A stretch of DNA of 64,000 nt, taken from Adineta vaga (taxonomy: Eukaryota; Animalia; Rotifera). A model generated the notes under the pieces. It searched no databases. It saw only the letters and a program-made list of their open reading frames with translations, and was not told the DNA's origin. The stretch spans positions 4,154,001-4,218,000 of the forward strand of contig CP075492.1 in assembly GCA_021613535.1 (NCBI GenBank). The letters are read 5' to 3'. The translations under genes were made by a program, and so were the position numbers. The first letter of the stretch is position 1. Every line of letters starts with the position of its first letter. Shown one piece after another: positions 11,184-26,045 of the stretch.

Positions 11184-13014
11184 ATAGGGTGGGAAAATAT
11201 AAATGAAAAAGAGTTTTGTTCTGAATATTCGTTTATATCAAGATACTGTATAACTAATTACTACATTACTCTCTTTTGCAAAACCTGAAATAAGTCAACA
11301 TATGTTAACGGCCGTTTTGACTATTCAATTTACATATCAACAGTACTTGATTCAATCGTACTCCAATTCATTCTAGAGAAAACAACATAAACGATTGTCA
11401 CCATCATTCTGCATATTCAACTATGACAAAAGTATAAACGTTCAATCAGATCATATGACTTCTTTTGAAATGAATAGGAATTTTGGCTAAAATATTTGTG
11501 CCACTTGCGGAAAATGTCGTTGTACTTATTCATTTTTCATATGATCTTCAACATATATTTGTACTGCAAATTTTAATTTGTTAGGAAATACATATGTAGA
11601 TACATCATTGACTGGTATATGAGAGTTCATATTTTGAACGACCAATAGAAGTAAGTTGAAGTAAATTTATTTTTTTTGAAGAGTGTGTCAAATTAGAATA
11701 GAATTTCTATTTCGCACATTCAATTACTATATAAACACTGAGCCGTTTTCAAGTCACACTTCACATCATATGATCAATAGCATATACGAATAAAGCTCAC
11801 TGGTGATTACATGTATTCATTTAAGTTATCATATCCATTAAATATATAATTTCATATATAGCCTATTGTATCAACATGTACGTGAATATATGATTAAGAA
11901 AACTTGGGAATGGATGATAACTATTTGTATATCATACTATCAGCATCTATCCTTTGCAGTCCAAGCTATGTCTCATCGATATACAAATAGATGAATGCGA
12001 TATCCGTAGTGAAACCAATTCTTTGTCAATGCAATGTTTGCACATATTAATTACTCACTAAGATTTATCGTAAATAAATGGAGAATATGAATCAGATGAT
12101 GTGACGAATAGGGAGTTTTCCTTCATGATATCACCACTCGAAGTATATTTTGTCTCAGCTTTGTCTATCATATCTACAGTATTGTTGGACAGAAATATTG
12201 GTCTGGCGATAATTCGAACCGTTACATAATTTCACCAATCTTGTCATATGCCACTAGCGAATGAATCAAAAGTTTCGTTTATCTGTACGACAAATAATAG
12301 AATAAGATGATTGGTACATAAACATTAATAAAACATGCAGTTATTCCAATCTGTAACTACCTGCAACCTTTATCTTTACAATAAGCACGAAAATTGAACA
12401 AAATGATGCTAATGTCAATTCATTATTCATATAACTGTCGGCCACCATTAATGACTCGTTGCAACTATTCTCACATCAATAGGATATATGAACCTAGCGA
12501 TGATCAGCAACATTCTGATATCACCTACTTCTCATCTGCATATATTCCAGTTTGATGCTCTATCTTAATAACACTAATATCCACACGAATTTATAAACTT
12601 TATTACTAGTCGTTTACTATCTGCTCTACCACTCACACCCTCAATTTTCGATTCGTAATCGACATTCAGCAAATAAATGAACCGACACCTTCTAAATGCT
12701 TCAAATGTCAAAAACATTCATTATATACATGACACTGTCTCACACAGAATCATTTCGCATAAATAATATCGCACATGTGAACTTACCGAAAAGAACTTTC
12801 GTGCATCCCATTCATATTACCACTGATTACACTTTTATGAGAATCTTTTACTCTTTGTCATAAGCACTCTATATTGTTCAACACATTGTTGCTATCGTAC
12901 GTACATTTACTACGTCTTCCGACGTGATCTTTATATCTTCTAAACTTTCTCTCACTCTTTCATCCATACAGCTACAACACAGTGGTGCAACATGTTCAAG
13001 CCACTCGCTACTTG

Positions 13015-16000
13015 TGTGATGCCGGATGAGATGAGTGAGAATGAAGATTGGATTCAAAGTGAGCAAAAGAGATGAAGAATAGTATCTTAAGTAATGTTCA
13101 TGAGTGATGTGATATTGGATGAGATGAGTGTGAATGAAGATTGGATTCAAAATGAGCAAAAGAGATGAAGAATAGTGTCATGAGTAATGTTCATGGGTGA
13201 TGTGATATTGGACGAGATGAGTGAGAATGAAGATTGGATTCAAAGTGAGCAAAAGAGATGAAGAATAGTATCTTAAGTAATGTTCATGAGTGATGTGATA
13301 TTGGATGAGATGAGTGTGAATGAAGATTGGATTCAAAATGAGCAAAAGAGATGAAGAATAGTGTCATGAGTAATGTTCATGGGTGATGTGATATTGGACG
13401 AGATGAGTGAGAATGAAGATTGGATTCAAAGTGAGCAAAAGAGATGAAGAATAGTATCTTAAGTAATGTTCATGAGTGATGTGATATTGGACGAGATGAG
13501 TGAGAATGAAGATTGGATTCAAAGTGAGCAAAAGAGATGAAGAATAGTATCTTAAGTAATGTTCATGAGTGATGTGATATTGGACGAGATGAGTGAGAAT
13601 GAAGATTGGATTCAAAGTGAGCAAAAGAGATGAAGAATAGTATCTTAAGTAATGTTCATGAGTGATGTGATATTGGATGAGATGAGTGAGAATGAAGATT
13701 GGATTCAAAGTGAGCAAAAGAGATGAAGAGCAGTGTGGTGGGTAATGTTCATGAGTGATGTGATATTGGATGAGATGAGTGAGAATGAAGATTGGATTCA
13801 AAGTGAGCAAAAGAGATGAAGAGCAGTGTTTTGAGTAATGTTCATGAGTGATGTGATATTGGATGAGATGAGTGAGAATGAAGATTGGATTCAAAGTGAG
13901 CAAAAGAGATGAAGAGCAGTGTGGTGGGTAATGTTCATGAGTGATGTGATATTGGATGAGATGAGTGAGAATGAAGATTGGATTCAAAGTGAGCAAAAGA
14001 GATGAAGAGCAGTGTTTTGAGTAATGTTCATGAGTGATGTGATATTGGATGAGATGAGTGAGAATGAAGATTGGATTCAAAGTGAGCAAAAGAGATGAAG
14101 AGCAGTGTTTTGAGTAATGTTCATGAGTGATGTGATATTGGATGAGATGAGTGAGAATGAAGATTGGATTCAAAGTGAGCAAAAGAGATGAAGAGCAGTG
14201 TGGTGGGTAATGTTCATGAGTGATGTGATATTGGATGAGATGAGTGAGAATGAAGATTGGATTCAAAGTGAGCAAAAGAGATGAAGAGCAGTGTTTTGAG
14301 TAATGTTCATGAGTGATGTGATATTGGATGAGATGAGTGAGAATGAAGATTGGATTCAAAGTGAGCAAAAGAGATGAAGAGCAGTATGGTGGGTAATGTT
14401 CATGAGTGATGTGATATTGGATGAGATGAGTGAGAATGAAGATTGGATTCAAAGTGAGCAAAAGAGATGAAGAGCAGTGTGATGAGTAATGTTCATGAGT
14501 GATGTGATATTGGATGAGATGAGTGAGAATGAAGATTGGATTCAAAGTGAGCAAAAGAGATGAAGAATAGTGTCATGAGTAATGTTCATGAGTGATGTGA
14601 TATTGGATGAGATGAGTGAGAATGAAGATTGGATTCAAAGTGAGCAAAAGAGATGAAGAATAGTATCTTAAGTAATGTTCATGAGTGATGTGACATTGGA
14701 TGAGATGAGTGAGAATGAAGATTGGATTCAAAGTGAGCAAAAGAGATGAAGAATAGTATCTTAAGTAATGTTCATGAGTGATGTGATATTGGACGAGATG
14801 AGTGAGAATGAAGATTGGATTCAAAGTGAGCAAAAGAGATGAAGAATAGTATCTTAAGTAATGTTCATGAGTGATGTGATATTGGATGAGATGAGTGAGA
14901 ATGAAGATTGGATTCAAAGTGAGCAAAAGAGATGAAGAGCAGTGTGGTGAGTAATGTTCATGAGTGATGTGATATTGGATGAGATGAGTGAGAATGAAGA
15001 TTGGATTCAAAGTGAGCAAAAGAGATGAAGAGCAGTGTTTTGAGTAATGTTCATGAGTGATGTGATATTGGATGAGATGAGTGAGAATGAAGATTGGATT
15101 CAAAGTGAGCAAAAGAGATGAAGAGCAGTGTTTTGAGTAATGTTCATGAGTGATGTGATATTGGATGAGATGAGTGAGAATGAAGATTGGATTCAAAGTG
15201 AGCAAAAGAGATGAAGAGCAGTGTGGTGGGTAATGTTCATGAGTGATGTGATATTGGATGAGATGAGTGAGAATGAAGATTGGATTCAAAGTGAGCAAAA
15301 GAGATGAAGAGCAGTGTTTTGAGTAATGTTCATGAGTGATGTGATATTGGATGAGATGAGTGAGAATGAAGATTGGATTCAAAGTGAGCAAAAGAGATGA
15401 AGAGCAGTATGGTGGGTAATGTTCATGAGTGATGTGATATTGGATGAGATGAGTGAGAATGAAGATTGGATTCAAAGTGAGCAAAAGAGATGAAGAGCAG
15501 TGTGATGAGTAATGTTCATGAGTGATGTGATATTGGATGAGATGAGTGAGAATGAAGATTGGATTCAAAGTGAGCAAAAGAGATGAAGAATAGTATCTTA
15601 AGTAATGTTCATGAGTGATGTGACATTGGATGAGATGAGTGAGAATGAAGATTGGATTCAAAGTGAGCAAAAGAGATGAAGAATAGTATCTTAAGTAATG
15701 TTCATGAGTGATGTGACATTGGATGAGATGAGTGAGAATGAAGATTGGATTCAAAGTGAGCAAAAGAGATGAAGAGCAGTGTGATGAGTAATGTTCATGA
15801 GTGATGTGATATTGGACGAGATGAGTGAGAATGAAGATTGGATTCAAAGTGAGCAAAAGAGATGAAGAGCAGTGTTTTGAGTAATGTTCATGAGTGATGT
15901 GATATTGGATGAGATGAGTGAGAATGAAGATTGGATTCAAAGTGAGCAAAAGAGATGAAGAGCAGTATGGTGGGTAATGTTCATGAGTGATGTGATATTG

Positions 16001-17612
16001 GATGAGATGAGTGAGAATGAAGATTGGATTCAAAGTGAGCAAAAGAGATGAAGAGCAGTGTGATGAGTAATGTTCATGAGTGATGTGATATTGGATGAGA
16101 TGAGTGAGAATGAAGATTGGATTCAAAGTGAGCAAAAGAGATGAAGAATAGTATCTTAAGTAATGTTCATGAGTGATGTGACATTGGATGAGATGAGTGA
16201 GAATGAAGATTGGATTCAAAGTGAGCAAAAGAGATGAAGAATAGTATCTTAAGTAATGTTCATGAGTGATGTGACATTGGATGAGATGAGTGAGAATGAA
16301 GATTGGATTCAAAGTGAGCAAAAGAGATGAAGAGCAGTGTGATGAGTAATGTTCATGAGTGATGTGATATTGGATGAGATGAGTGAGAATGAAGATTGGA
16401 TTCAAAGTGAGCAAAAGAGATGAAGAATAGTATCTTAAGTAATGTTCATGAGTGATGTGATATTGGATGAGATGAGTGAGAATGAAGATTGGATTCAAAG
16501 TGAGCAAAAGAGATGAAGAGCAGTGTGGTGGGTAATGTTCATGAGTGATGTGATATTGGATGAGATGAGTGAGAATGAAGATTGGATTCAAAGTGAGCAA
16601 AAGAGATGAAGAGCAGTGTTTTGAGTAATGTTCATGAGTGATGTGATATTGGATGAGATGAGTGAGAATGAAGATTGGATTCAAAGTGAGCAAAAGAGAT
16701 GAAGAGCAGTATGGTGGGTAATGTTCATGAGTGATGTGATATTGGATGAGATGAGTGAGAATGAAGATTGGATTCAAAGTGAGCAAAAGAGATGAAGAGC
16801 AGTGTTTTGAGTAATGTTCATGAGTGATGTGATATTGGATGAGATGAGTGAGAATGAAGATTGGATTCAAAGTGAGCAAAAGAGATGAAGAGCAGTGTGA
16901 TGAGTAATGTTCATGAGTGATGTGATATTGGATGAGATGAGTGAGAATGAAGATTGGATTCAAAGTGAGCAAAAGAGATGAAGAATAGTGTCATGAGTAA
17001 TGTTCATGAGTGATGTGATATTGGATGAGATGAGTGAGAATGAAGATTGGATTCAAAGTGAGCAAAAGAGATGAAGAATAGTATCTTAAGTAATGTTCAT
17101 GAGTGATGTGACATTGGATGAGATGAGTGAGAATGAAGATTGGATTCAAAGTGAGCAAAAGAGATGAAGAATAGTATCTTAAGTAATGTTCATGAGTGAT
17201 GTGACATTGGATGAGATGAGTGAGAATGAAGATTGGATTCAAAGTGAGCAAAAGAGATGAAGAATAGTATCTTAAGTAATGTTCATGAGTGATGTGACAT
17301 TGGATGAGATGAGTGAGAATGAAGATTGGATTCAAAGTGAGCAAAAGAGATGAAGAGCAGTGTGATGAGTAATGTTCATGAGTGATGTGATATTGGACGA
17401 GATGAGTGTGATTGAAGATTGGATTCAAAGTGAGCAAAAGAGATGAAGAGCAGTGTTTTGAGTAATGTTCATGAGTGATGTGATATTGGACGAGATGAGT
17501 GAGAATGAAGATTGGATTCAAAGTGAGCAAAAGAGATGAAGAGCAGTGTGGTGGGTAATGTTCATGAGTGATGTGATATTGGATGAGATGAGTGAGAATG
17601 AAGATTGGATTC
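13015..17612. repeat. 93-bp-unit minisatellite, about 49-50 copies, ~80-bp constant part plus ~13-bp variable cassette
   Basis: Unit GTAATGTTCATGAGTGATGTGATATTGGATGAGATGAGTGAGAATGAAGATTGGATTCAAAGTGAGCAAAAGAGATGAAGA followed by one of about 7 cassettes. Gives a 31-aa period in the minus-strand ORFs. Confidence 0.97.
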
Positions 17613-18773
17613 GAAAGGGATGTAGAATAGTTTATGTGTGTTTTGTGTGTGTGAAGACAATAGTGTTGATTGTTAAAGTGACTGAAATAAAGGTTTATAT
17701 GGTGAAAGTTGAATCTTCAGTAATCACTTATGTGTTAAGTTATTCGTGCAACGAATTAAAGTTTTTTCAACTATCGTTTTTTAGGTACTTTGAAGGATAA
17801 AAAACGTTTTTTTTGTATTATTGAAGGTTGACTTCTGTTGAGCTAGATTGTAAGATAATGAATGAGTACTGGTGAATTGAAAGATGGCACGTTTTAGAGG
17901 GGAATGGCGTGATCGTATGTCGGAAAGTCATTTGGTATTAATTCTTAGAGGTTTCAATCGACAAACTCCACGGGGAATATATATTAGTCATACGGTCGAA
18001 TGGTACTGCACTTTTAATGTAGAAATCGTTACTTCCAGGAAAGAAAGACATCAACTTGTAAAACGGCTAAGAAAATTATGCCAATTTCAATTGAAACTGT
18101 CTTGTACTATATTGTTTCGAAAGAATAAGGACACAGAAGTAGCAAGTTCCTTCAAATGAAACAAAAATGCAACAGATCATATAGAAGTTTATGCTACGTA
18201 TTGAGCAATAGTTAATACAGAAAAGTGACTCATGAACATTTGTAGAGAATCAAGTTACGAGAGAAGTTAGTTTTGTCTGAAAAGGTTGACTGAGTAATAA
18301 TTAGTTGTAACAAGTCCAAGGTTGTGGGTACAAACCATTTTTATTTCTTTGAATTATGAAACAAGTACTGTGACGATAATCTTTTCGAAAAAAAATCGCA
18401 TAAAACTGTCGAATTCACCGTTTTGCACAATATAGAAGACTGCAGTGTATTCTGCACGTATATGAATGAATAAAAAGTATGATAAAATACATGGTGACCG
18501 GTGACATCTATAACAAATGTGGATATTTTGTGGAATCTGAATTAATTTTGAATAAAAAAATCCAATTTGAAAATAAAAAATAAAGTTGTGAAAGTATAGA
18601 AAATTATTTGAATAAATTGATGTTGTCATTGTTATTAAATGATTCATCTCATGACGGAACAGATGGTTCACTCTCATTTCCTTGTTCTCTGTTATTCTTT
18701 TCTCACTCAACATGGCAGATAATTAATTGTTTTTTTCTCATACATTTGTTGTTGGTAAATAATATCCCCGAAA

Positions 18774-20139
18774 ATGTCGAATCAACCAGCTACGGAAAAC
18801 GATCAAGAAGAACAAAAAAGCAAAAAACCAGCTGGTAATTTTTCACATTTGTATCTTACATTCTCTGATTCCCTCTATTTTTAGATACAGCATTTAAACA
18901 ACAACGTTTACCAGCATGGCAACCTATAATAACAGCAGATACAGCATTACCTGTGTTTTTAATCATTGGTTTACTTTTCATTCCAATTGGTATTGTCTTG
19001 GTGGTGACATCAGAACGCGTATGAAAGAGTTGTTCAAATAACTGTATTCATAGATTTTTTCTTCTTCAAGGTACTCGAATATGATCTCGATTACACAGAT
19101 ACAAATTGTATAAGTACAACTGGAGGAAATGTTACATGTGCTGATATATTACAAAGAAGCAACTATACGGGTGCTAAGTGTACTTGTACTATACCAATTA
19201 AATTAGATAAACCCTTTACAGTTAGTACTTCTTCTATCTTTTGAATCAAATAAATTTGCTTTTTAGGGAAAAGTTTATTTCTATTATGGTTTAATAAATT
19301 ATTATCAAAATCATCGTCGTTATGTTAAATCTCGTGATGATAATCAATTACTTGGTAGTACAGATGCAGTTAATAATGATTGTCAACCATTTCAAAAATC
19401 ACCGAACGGTTCCGATTATACACCATGTGGAGCAATTGCAAATTCGAAATTTAATGGTATGTTCTTTTCATTTCTACATTCAGACAACTTTTCTTTTCTT
19501 TTTAATTAGATTCATTAACACTGTCATTCAATGGTAGTCAAAATGTTCCATTTCTAAGTACTGATATCGCCTGGACAACTGACAAGGCTGTTAAATTTCA
19601 AAATCCACCTAATGCTTCTAATTGTAACTATGAAAAAATTTCTTTTGCTTCTTAGTCAGTCGATCTATCTTATTTGAATAGATTTTAAAACACACCCATC
19701 GCCACCAAATTGGAATTATACTGCATGGGATTTAGGTGGAAATGATCAGAATAATAAAGGTTATCAAAATGAAGATTTTATTGTTTGGATGCGTACAGCT
19801 GCCATGCCAACATTTCGTAAATTGTACCGAAAACTAGATACAACTAATTCGAGCGCATTTCAAAATGGTTTACCACAAGGAAATTATACTTTAACTGTTG
19901 AATATAGTAATGATGATATCTGTTAAATTGAAAAAGAAACCAATAGAATTGTTTTGTACTTTCTTTTTAAAGATTATCCAGTGACAAGTTTTTCGGGAAG
20001 AAAACAATTTATTATCAGTACAACATCATGGATGGGAGGAAAAAATCCATTTCTTGGTTGGGCTTATATTGTTGTTGGAATCGTTTGTATGATTGCCTTC
20101 GTGGTCTTTTTTATTCTCCATAAAACATGGAAAATGTAA
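18774..20139 (+). CDS. TMEM30A: CDC50/TMEM30 P4-ATPase flippase beta subunit (multi-exon)
   Basis: [70 protein letters not shown]. Confidence 0.95.
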
Positions 20140-20946
20140 GTTATACTGAAAAGTCTCTCAAACAAATAATTGGATTTCATCGACGTATATTTGATTAGAA
20201 ATAATATTCTCTCTACATATAAACTTATTACTGTGCAAAGAAAAGAATAATTCTTATCATTTTCATTTTATCGTTTCTGTCGTTGTACTTTGCTCTATCA
20301 AAATCATGTGCTTTTTTTTGGATATTATTCATCTATTGGTATACCCTGTGCTCGAGTGCAAAAAAAGTCAGATCTAATTTTTGATATGAAAATATTAATT
20401 AACATACTCATAGTCATTCTTCAACATAGTGTGTATTGATGTCACTAGGGAAATTTTTCTTCTATTAAGTATTATTAACATTAAACTCACAAATCGATTT
20501 GAATTCATTTCTAGGAAGAAATAAAGTAATTGTAAGACGTGTCGAGTGAGTTTAATAGAGATAGAAAGCTGATAAAAAATATATTCGCTCGAAGGCAGTT
20601 GATCTTACATTTTGTTTTATATGATCAGCTTCGTTTTGCTCTACTTGGTTGTGTTTTTTCTTCTTCTTCTTCTTATCTTATCCTATTTTTCTCGTTTAGA
20701 CAAAATCGACCACCGACATAAATCTCTCTCTCGAAGAAGAAGAAGAAGAAGAAGAAGACGAGAATATACTCAGAATGATATCGGTGTATTGATTGGAATC
20801 ATTATTCATTCGTTGTTGTTGTTGCTATTATTTGTGCTTTTTGTTTATCGTATACATATATTCATTTGAATGAGAAAAAAAACCTACGCTTCTAATCACG
20901 CTTTTTGGAAATAAAATGCAATATTTGTTCGTTTTCAGATTGTATT

Positions 20947-23900
20947 ATGTCACAAATATCAGATGTTATGTCAACGGAGGAAACAACATTAAAGTAAGTA
21001 AAATAAAGGCAATATTATCTTTTATTTGCAAGAAATAGAACCAGTATCGTACGATGTTTAGTCATAAAAAGAAAGAAAAAAGAATTTTTTTTCACACGTT
21101 TTATTTATTTATTTTTTTTCATACTATAGTGAAATGTCATCAAATAAGAAAAGAAATCTTCATCGTCGAATGATTTCTTTACCTTCCTTTGAGACTATTC
21201 TGGCTAAGAGTAAATTATTACTTAGGTAGATTTGCTGCTCCTAAGTTAATTAAATCCAATTAAGAAAAAGAAAAAGCGTAATTATAAAACCATGTCTTTA
21301 TTTTCTAGTACTTCATCACTAGAAGTTTCACCTATACCAGAAAGTCCAAGTGATGAATCAAATCCTGTAACATTATTATCTTCAACATTATTGCCTCTCG
21401 ATACTCAACGATCCAATTCTTTTCCATCCGATGCTATCGATACCAATAATGGTACATATTCCGATAGTCATACTCCAATCGAACCACTTCCATGTAGTGA
21501 ATCTGTTAGTCAAACATTAGTTGTTGTAACATCACCATCATTTAATTCTGATCTTGCATCTGAACAAAATGATTCCATTGATCAATTATATTCTTCATCA
21601 TTGTCATATCTTCAAACAAAACAACGTCGAATCGATCATCGAAGAAATAAAAGTGAACCTGTAAAAAGTCCAAGTACTGAAGATCTATCTTCGACAAATG
21701 TCAACAATAACGATTCATCAACTAATAATACTCCAAGTGAAATTCGAAAGAAATCTAATGTTGCAACAACACCATCATCATTATCATCATCATCACGAAA
21801 GAAGAAAGCTTGGTACAATGTAAGTATGGTTCGTTGTTTATGATCCATTTGATTGGCTATTGAAATCGTACGATAGTTTGAGCTTTCTATTGATTGCTGC
21901 TTTTATGTAATTCGTAATACAATGTGTTTTTTTGTATTTCAACGCTTCAATGAGTCAGTCATCATACGAAGTGGTGAATCGATCATGATAACTTCTTTCT
22001 TTCTTTCTTTCTTTTTCGTATAAATGCTCTTTCAAAAAGAAAGAGAAAGAAAGAAGAGAACGAAGTAAATGATGAGTAGAAGACTCGTTTAAAAATAAAA
22101 GAGCCTCGAGAGAAGAGAAATCGACGAACGAGTAGTAAAAAAACGCAATATGTCCAGAAAAATGTCAGTATAAACATCGTTCTATTCATGATTGTTTTCT
22201 TCTTTCGTTATCTACATTCAATAAAAGTCAACTTTTAATGGATACCATTCGTTTATTTCTACGTTCGAATAGTTTAAGACTTTCAAAGAGAAAGACAAAT
22301 ACTTCACCTAAATTCTCTCCAACAGAATTCACACAAGATGAACCAAATGATTCACTTGATAACGAAGATAATCAAAGTTCTTCAAGTGATAAAATAAAAT
22401 CATTGGTTACAAATTCCGCATCAAGTTCTGGTCTTTCAAAGCTTCCAATGTTTTCATTAGATTCCGAAACATGGTCGGGATTATCGACACATTCATCTGA
22501 TCATGCTAAAAGTTCAATCATTGCAGCTAGTGCTTCTGATTCCATGTCAAATGCTCTTTCATTTACGAATAGTCATTCATCAAAACGACGTCGATCTTCG
22601 CATGGTAATGACATTCGACATCGTTCATGGATTAATGAACAAAATATGCATACTATATCTTCGTTATCATCGCCACCTTTTCGACGAACAAAATCTCATC
22701 GACCTTCCGAGAGAATAAGAAGACATTCAATCAAATTAAAACATTCACAAATGCATAGTGAAGTAAATAATCAAATAGACATACACATATTATAAACTAA
22801 CAGCATCAATCAATTCTTTCTTCTATTGCTTTAAGACTTAAATATAGATTAAATTTAACATTAAAGGATGCTTTGCGTGTTATAGCTTGAATTTTTATTC
22901 GGAGAATTTTTTTTTAGAATAAAGAATTTTGATTTCTCATTTAGCCTTTTCAAACAACTTATCGTCAACGAAATGAAGAATTTCGTAAACTTTTCAAAGA
23001 TGTACCTGATAGTGAACGATTGATCGTTGGTGAGTGATGAGATTTCTCGATATGATTTCTGTACATATGTTCTTTTTTTATCTTCTAGATTATTCATGTG
23101 CTTGGCAAAAAGATATACTAGTACAAGGTCGAGTATATTTATCCCAAAATTATATATGTTTCTATGCAAATATCCTCAATTGGAAATCACATTTATGTTT
23201 AAAATTCGATGATATTAATGGTATAACGCGTGAAAAAACCGCAAAAGTTATTTCAAATGCTATTGAAATCAAAACAAATAAAGGCGAAAAATATTTCTTT
23301 GCAAGCTTTGTAACACGTGATAAAACCTATGCAATTATGCACCGAATATGGCAAGCCGTATCTGATAGTCAAGTAACTTATCTTCTTTTAGTTTTGCGAT
23401 GAAGTTTTCCAGACTCATCTTTCACTTCTTTTTTCTTAGCCACTTTCCACTCAGCAATTATGGACAATGATTCATGAAAGTTACGGTGATGATCTCGATA
23501 TGACAACAGATGAAGATGATAATTATCATAAATCAACATTAAATTCTCCATCAGATAAACCTTCATCAAAATCACCATCACAATCTCTGGATAAATATGA
23601 TGTAAGTATTGATTTATTTTTCTTATCTGAAAATCTTTTTCGAGACACATGTCTTTGACGATAAAATTTAGTTATCGAATATTGTATTGGTAAGTTTATT
23701 CACTTGAATTCGTGATGTGTAGTCTGAAGCAAAGTTTTAATTCATTAAATAAAGACGAAACTTTTGTTCTTTGATGTTGTTAGTCAAAATAATGGCTATC
23801 AGTATGAAGAATATCCCCGCACATATGTTGTTCTTTTTTTCTGTTCACATTGATAACTAATGAGAACAAAAACGTTCTGTTGAAATTAATAAATATGTTT

Positions 23901-26045
23901 CTTTAGCGTTTAAATCCAAGTTCAATTTTTCCAAATTCTTTTCCACAAGAAGATGATCAATCAAGTGTTTCATCACGTGGTGAACATGCATCCGATGATG
24001 AAGGAATAATTCCCATTGGAGAAGAAGCACGAACAAGTACATTGATGCGTCGACCTCAATCGAATTCCATCGAACTAAGTATCGATTCAACGCCTGGTTT
24101 GTTATTAGAAATTCAACAAAATTTTGTAGAAATACTTTTATTAATCTTTTTAGAAGTCTGTTATTTAACGCAATGTGCTTGTCAGACACATTTAGCAACT
24201 CAAATAATCAATCGAACCTATCCTATGTCGGTTGAACATCTTTTTGATTGTATCTTTGGTGATAATAATTTTCTTGTTGCTTATCGAGCATCACGTCGTA
24301 TCAAAGGTTTGTTGATTCATTTGAATTTTTCTCACTTATTTTCTTTTATTTTCCATAGATTTTCAAGCGAGTGAATGGAAAATGAATGATGAAACAGGAA
24401 AACGCGAACGATTATGTACTTTTAAAGTAACTGTTTCTGCTGTGTTTGGATCGACAACAATTTGTTCAAATGAACGACAAGTATGAAGAAGATTATAAAC
24501 AAGACTTTGTTTTTCAGCTATTCTATTCATAGATTATTGATTGTGAACAATCAAAATCACATTATATTCTTGATACAGAAGTACGAAATGAAGGAATCAA
24601 ATATGCTGATTCATTCTTTGTTGCATCTCGTTATTGCTTGATACAAATTGGTCCCAATAAATCACATTTAAAAGTAACATGTGAAGTTAGATACGTCAAA
24701 AGTTTAATGGCAATTATCAAAAGTGAGTTATATATGCGTGTCTGTGTTGTTGTTTTTGTTTTTTTCCGCACAAAGTTTTCCAATTGGAAGTTATTTTAAC
24801 GAGGATCACGCCATCATCGAGGAAGAGTCATCGACAACTACCTACACTCATTTTCTTTTTTTTCTTTCCTTCTCTTGTTGTTAGCGAAGAAAATAGACTG
24901 TTTTTTTTCTTTCTTCGTCTCGTTCTGTGTTACTCAGACTATCGTGTGTTGATGGTGTCATATTTGAGGAGTGGTCGTTCTATATAAAAAGAAAACGAAT
25001 GAATCGATCAAAATTTCACATTATTTCTAAGAATGAAGAAACTGAAAATCAAAAAAAGTATTTCTCGCTTTATAAAATGTCATATTTTATGTGCTCGTTC
25101 AGCGTTCATCGAAAAAAATGCCATGGCTGCTCTTCAAGACTCATTCACTGATCTAAGTATGTCAAATGTTTCTATTCATTGATATTTTATTTTAATTATT
25201 TTGACATTTAGTGAAACGTATTGATCAAGAATCTTCCACAAAAACTCGAGCTCTTAGTATTAGTAATAACAATGAAACACAAAATGTTACTGAATCACCC
25301 TCATTACCTGTAAGGAGGTTGCCACGTCAACAACATCAAGCTAATGAATTGTTATCTTCTGTTAATGACCTTTCCATAAATTCTCAAGAAGATAACGAAG
25401 AAGAAGAATCAATTCGCCAAGATCAAAAAAGTATATTTATTCGTGCATATAAAATCAAATTGATCTGATGATAATGAAATTTATTTTTAGGTTTAGATTC
25501 TACCGTCACAAATTCGTTCTTATCATCTCGGAATAGTTTTTTCATCCCATTCTGTTTTATCACGTAAATATTGACTTAGAAGAAAGATTTTCTTTTACTA
25601 TGGAAACAAAACAATGACGTTGTTTGATTTTTATTTTCTAGAATGTTACTTTTGTTAATTGTGAATATATTTTTATGTATAAAATTAAATCAAATCGATC
25701 AAATGACAGACCGTCTTGTACGAAATTATCCTTCATGGTTAAATCAATACTCGTAAGATAATATTGACTCTAGTCCTCTTTTAAATCAATTTATACATTC
25801 ACTTTTTTTTTGTCTGTCAATTTAGACATCGACATGAAGATAATCAATGGCCATCTTTATTGAAAAAACAAGAAGAATATTATCAAATGCAATTAAATCA
25901 TCTACATTCTGTCCTAACAGCAACGCACCATGCTCTAAAAAATGTTTGTAATAAGATTTTAATAAGAATAAGAATCTATTTTTGATTTGAATAGGTCACA
26001 GACACGTTGCATCAGTTATCGAAATTAAGCAGTAGATCGAGATGA
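20947..26045 (+). CDS. GRAMD1: GRAMD1/Aster-like sterol transfer protein (GRAM + VASt + C-terminal TM), multi-exon
   Basis: WYN/PFQTTYRQRNEEFRKLFK, DYSCAWQKDILVQGRVYLSQNYICFYANI, REKTAKVISNAI, VASt motif YADSFFVASRYCL, terminal hydrophobic segment. Confidence 0.9.

Noticed and set aside
12878-17530. Long His-rich minus-strand ORFs (396, 799 and 179 aa)
   Set aside because: By-product of a unit length divisible by 3. Starts are TTG only, one recurring variant introduces a stop, and there are no unique termini or splice links.
13015-17612. CRISPR-like look (constant repeat plus variable spacer)
   Set aside because: The repeat is about 80 bp, the variable part only about 13 bp with ~7 related and reused types, there are no cas genes and the context is eukaryotic.
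13015-17612. Tandem hammerhead ribozymes or telomeric repeats
   Set aside because: No CUGAUGA...GAAA core on either strand and no hexamer telomeric runs.
11738-18071. Possible inverted repeats flanking the satellite (CTGAGCCGTTTTCAAGT vs ACTTGTAAAACGGCTAAG)
   Set aside because: Short and imperfect, spacing of neighbouring matches is inconsistent, and there is no target-site duplication or transposase; cannot be told from chance by eye.
20732-20758. (GAA)n run giving a poly-Arg ORF
   Set aside because: Ordinary microsatellite in the GRAMD1 5' region.
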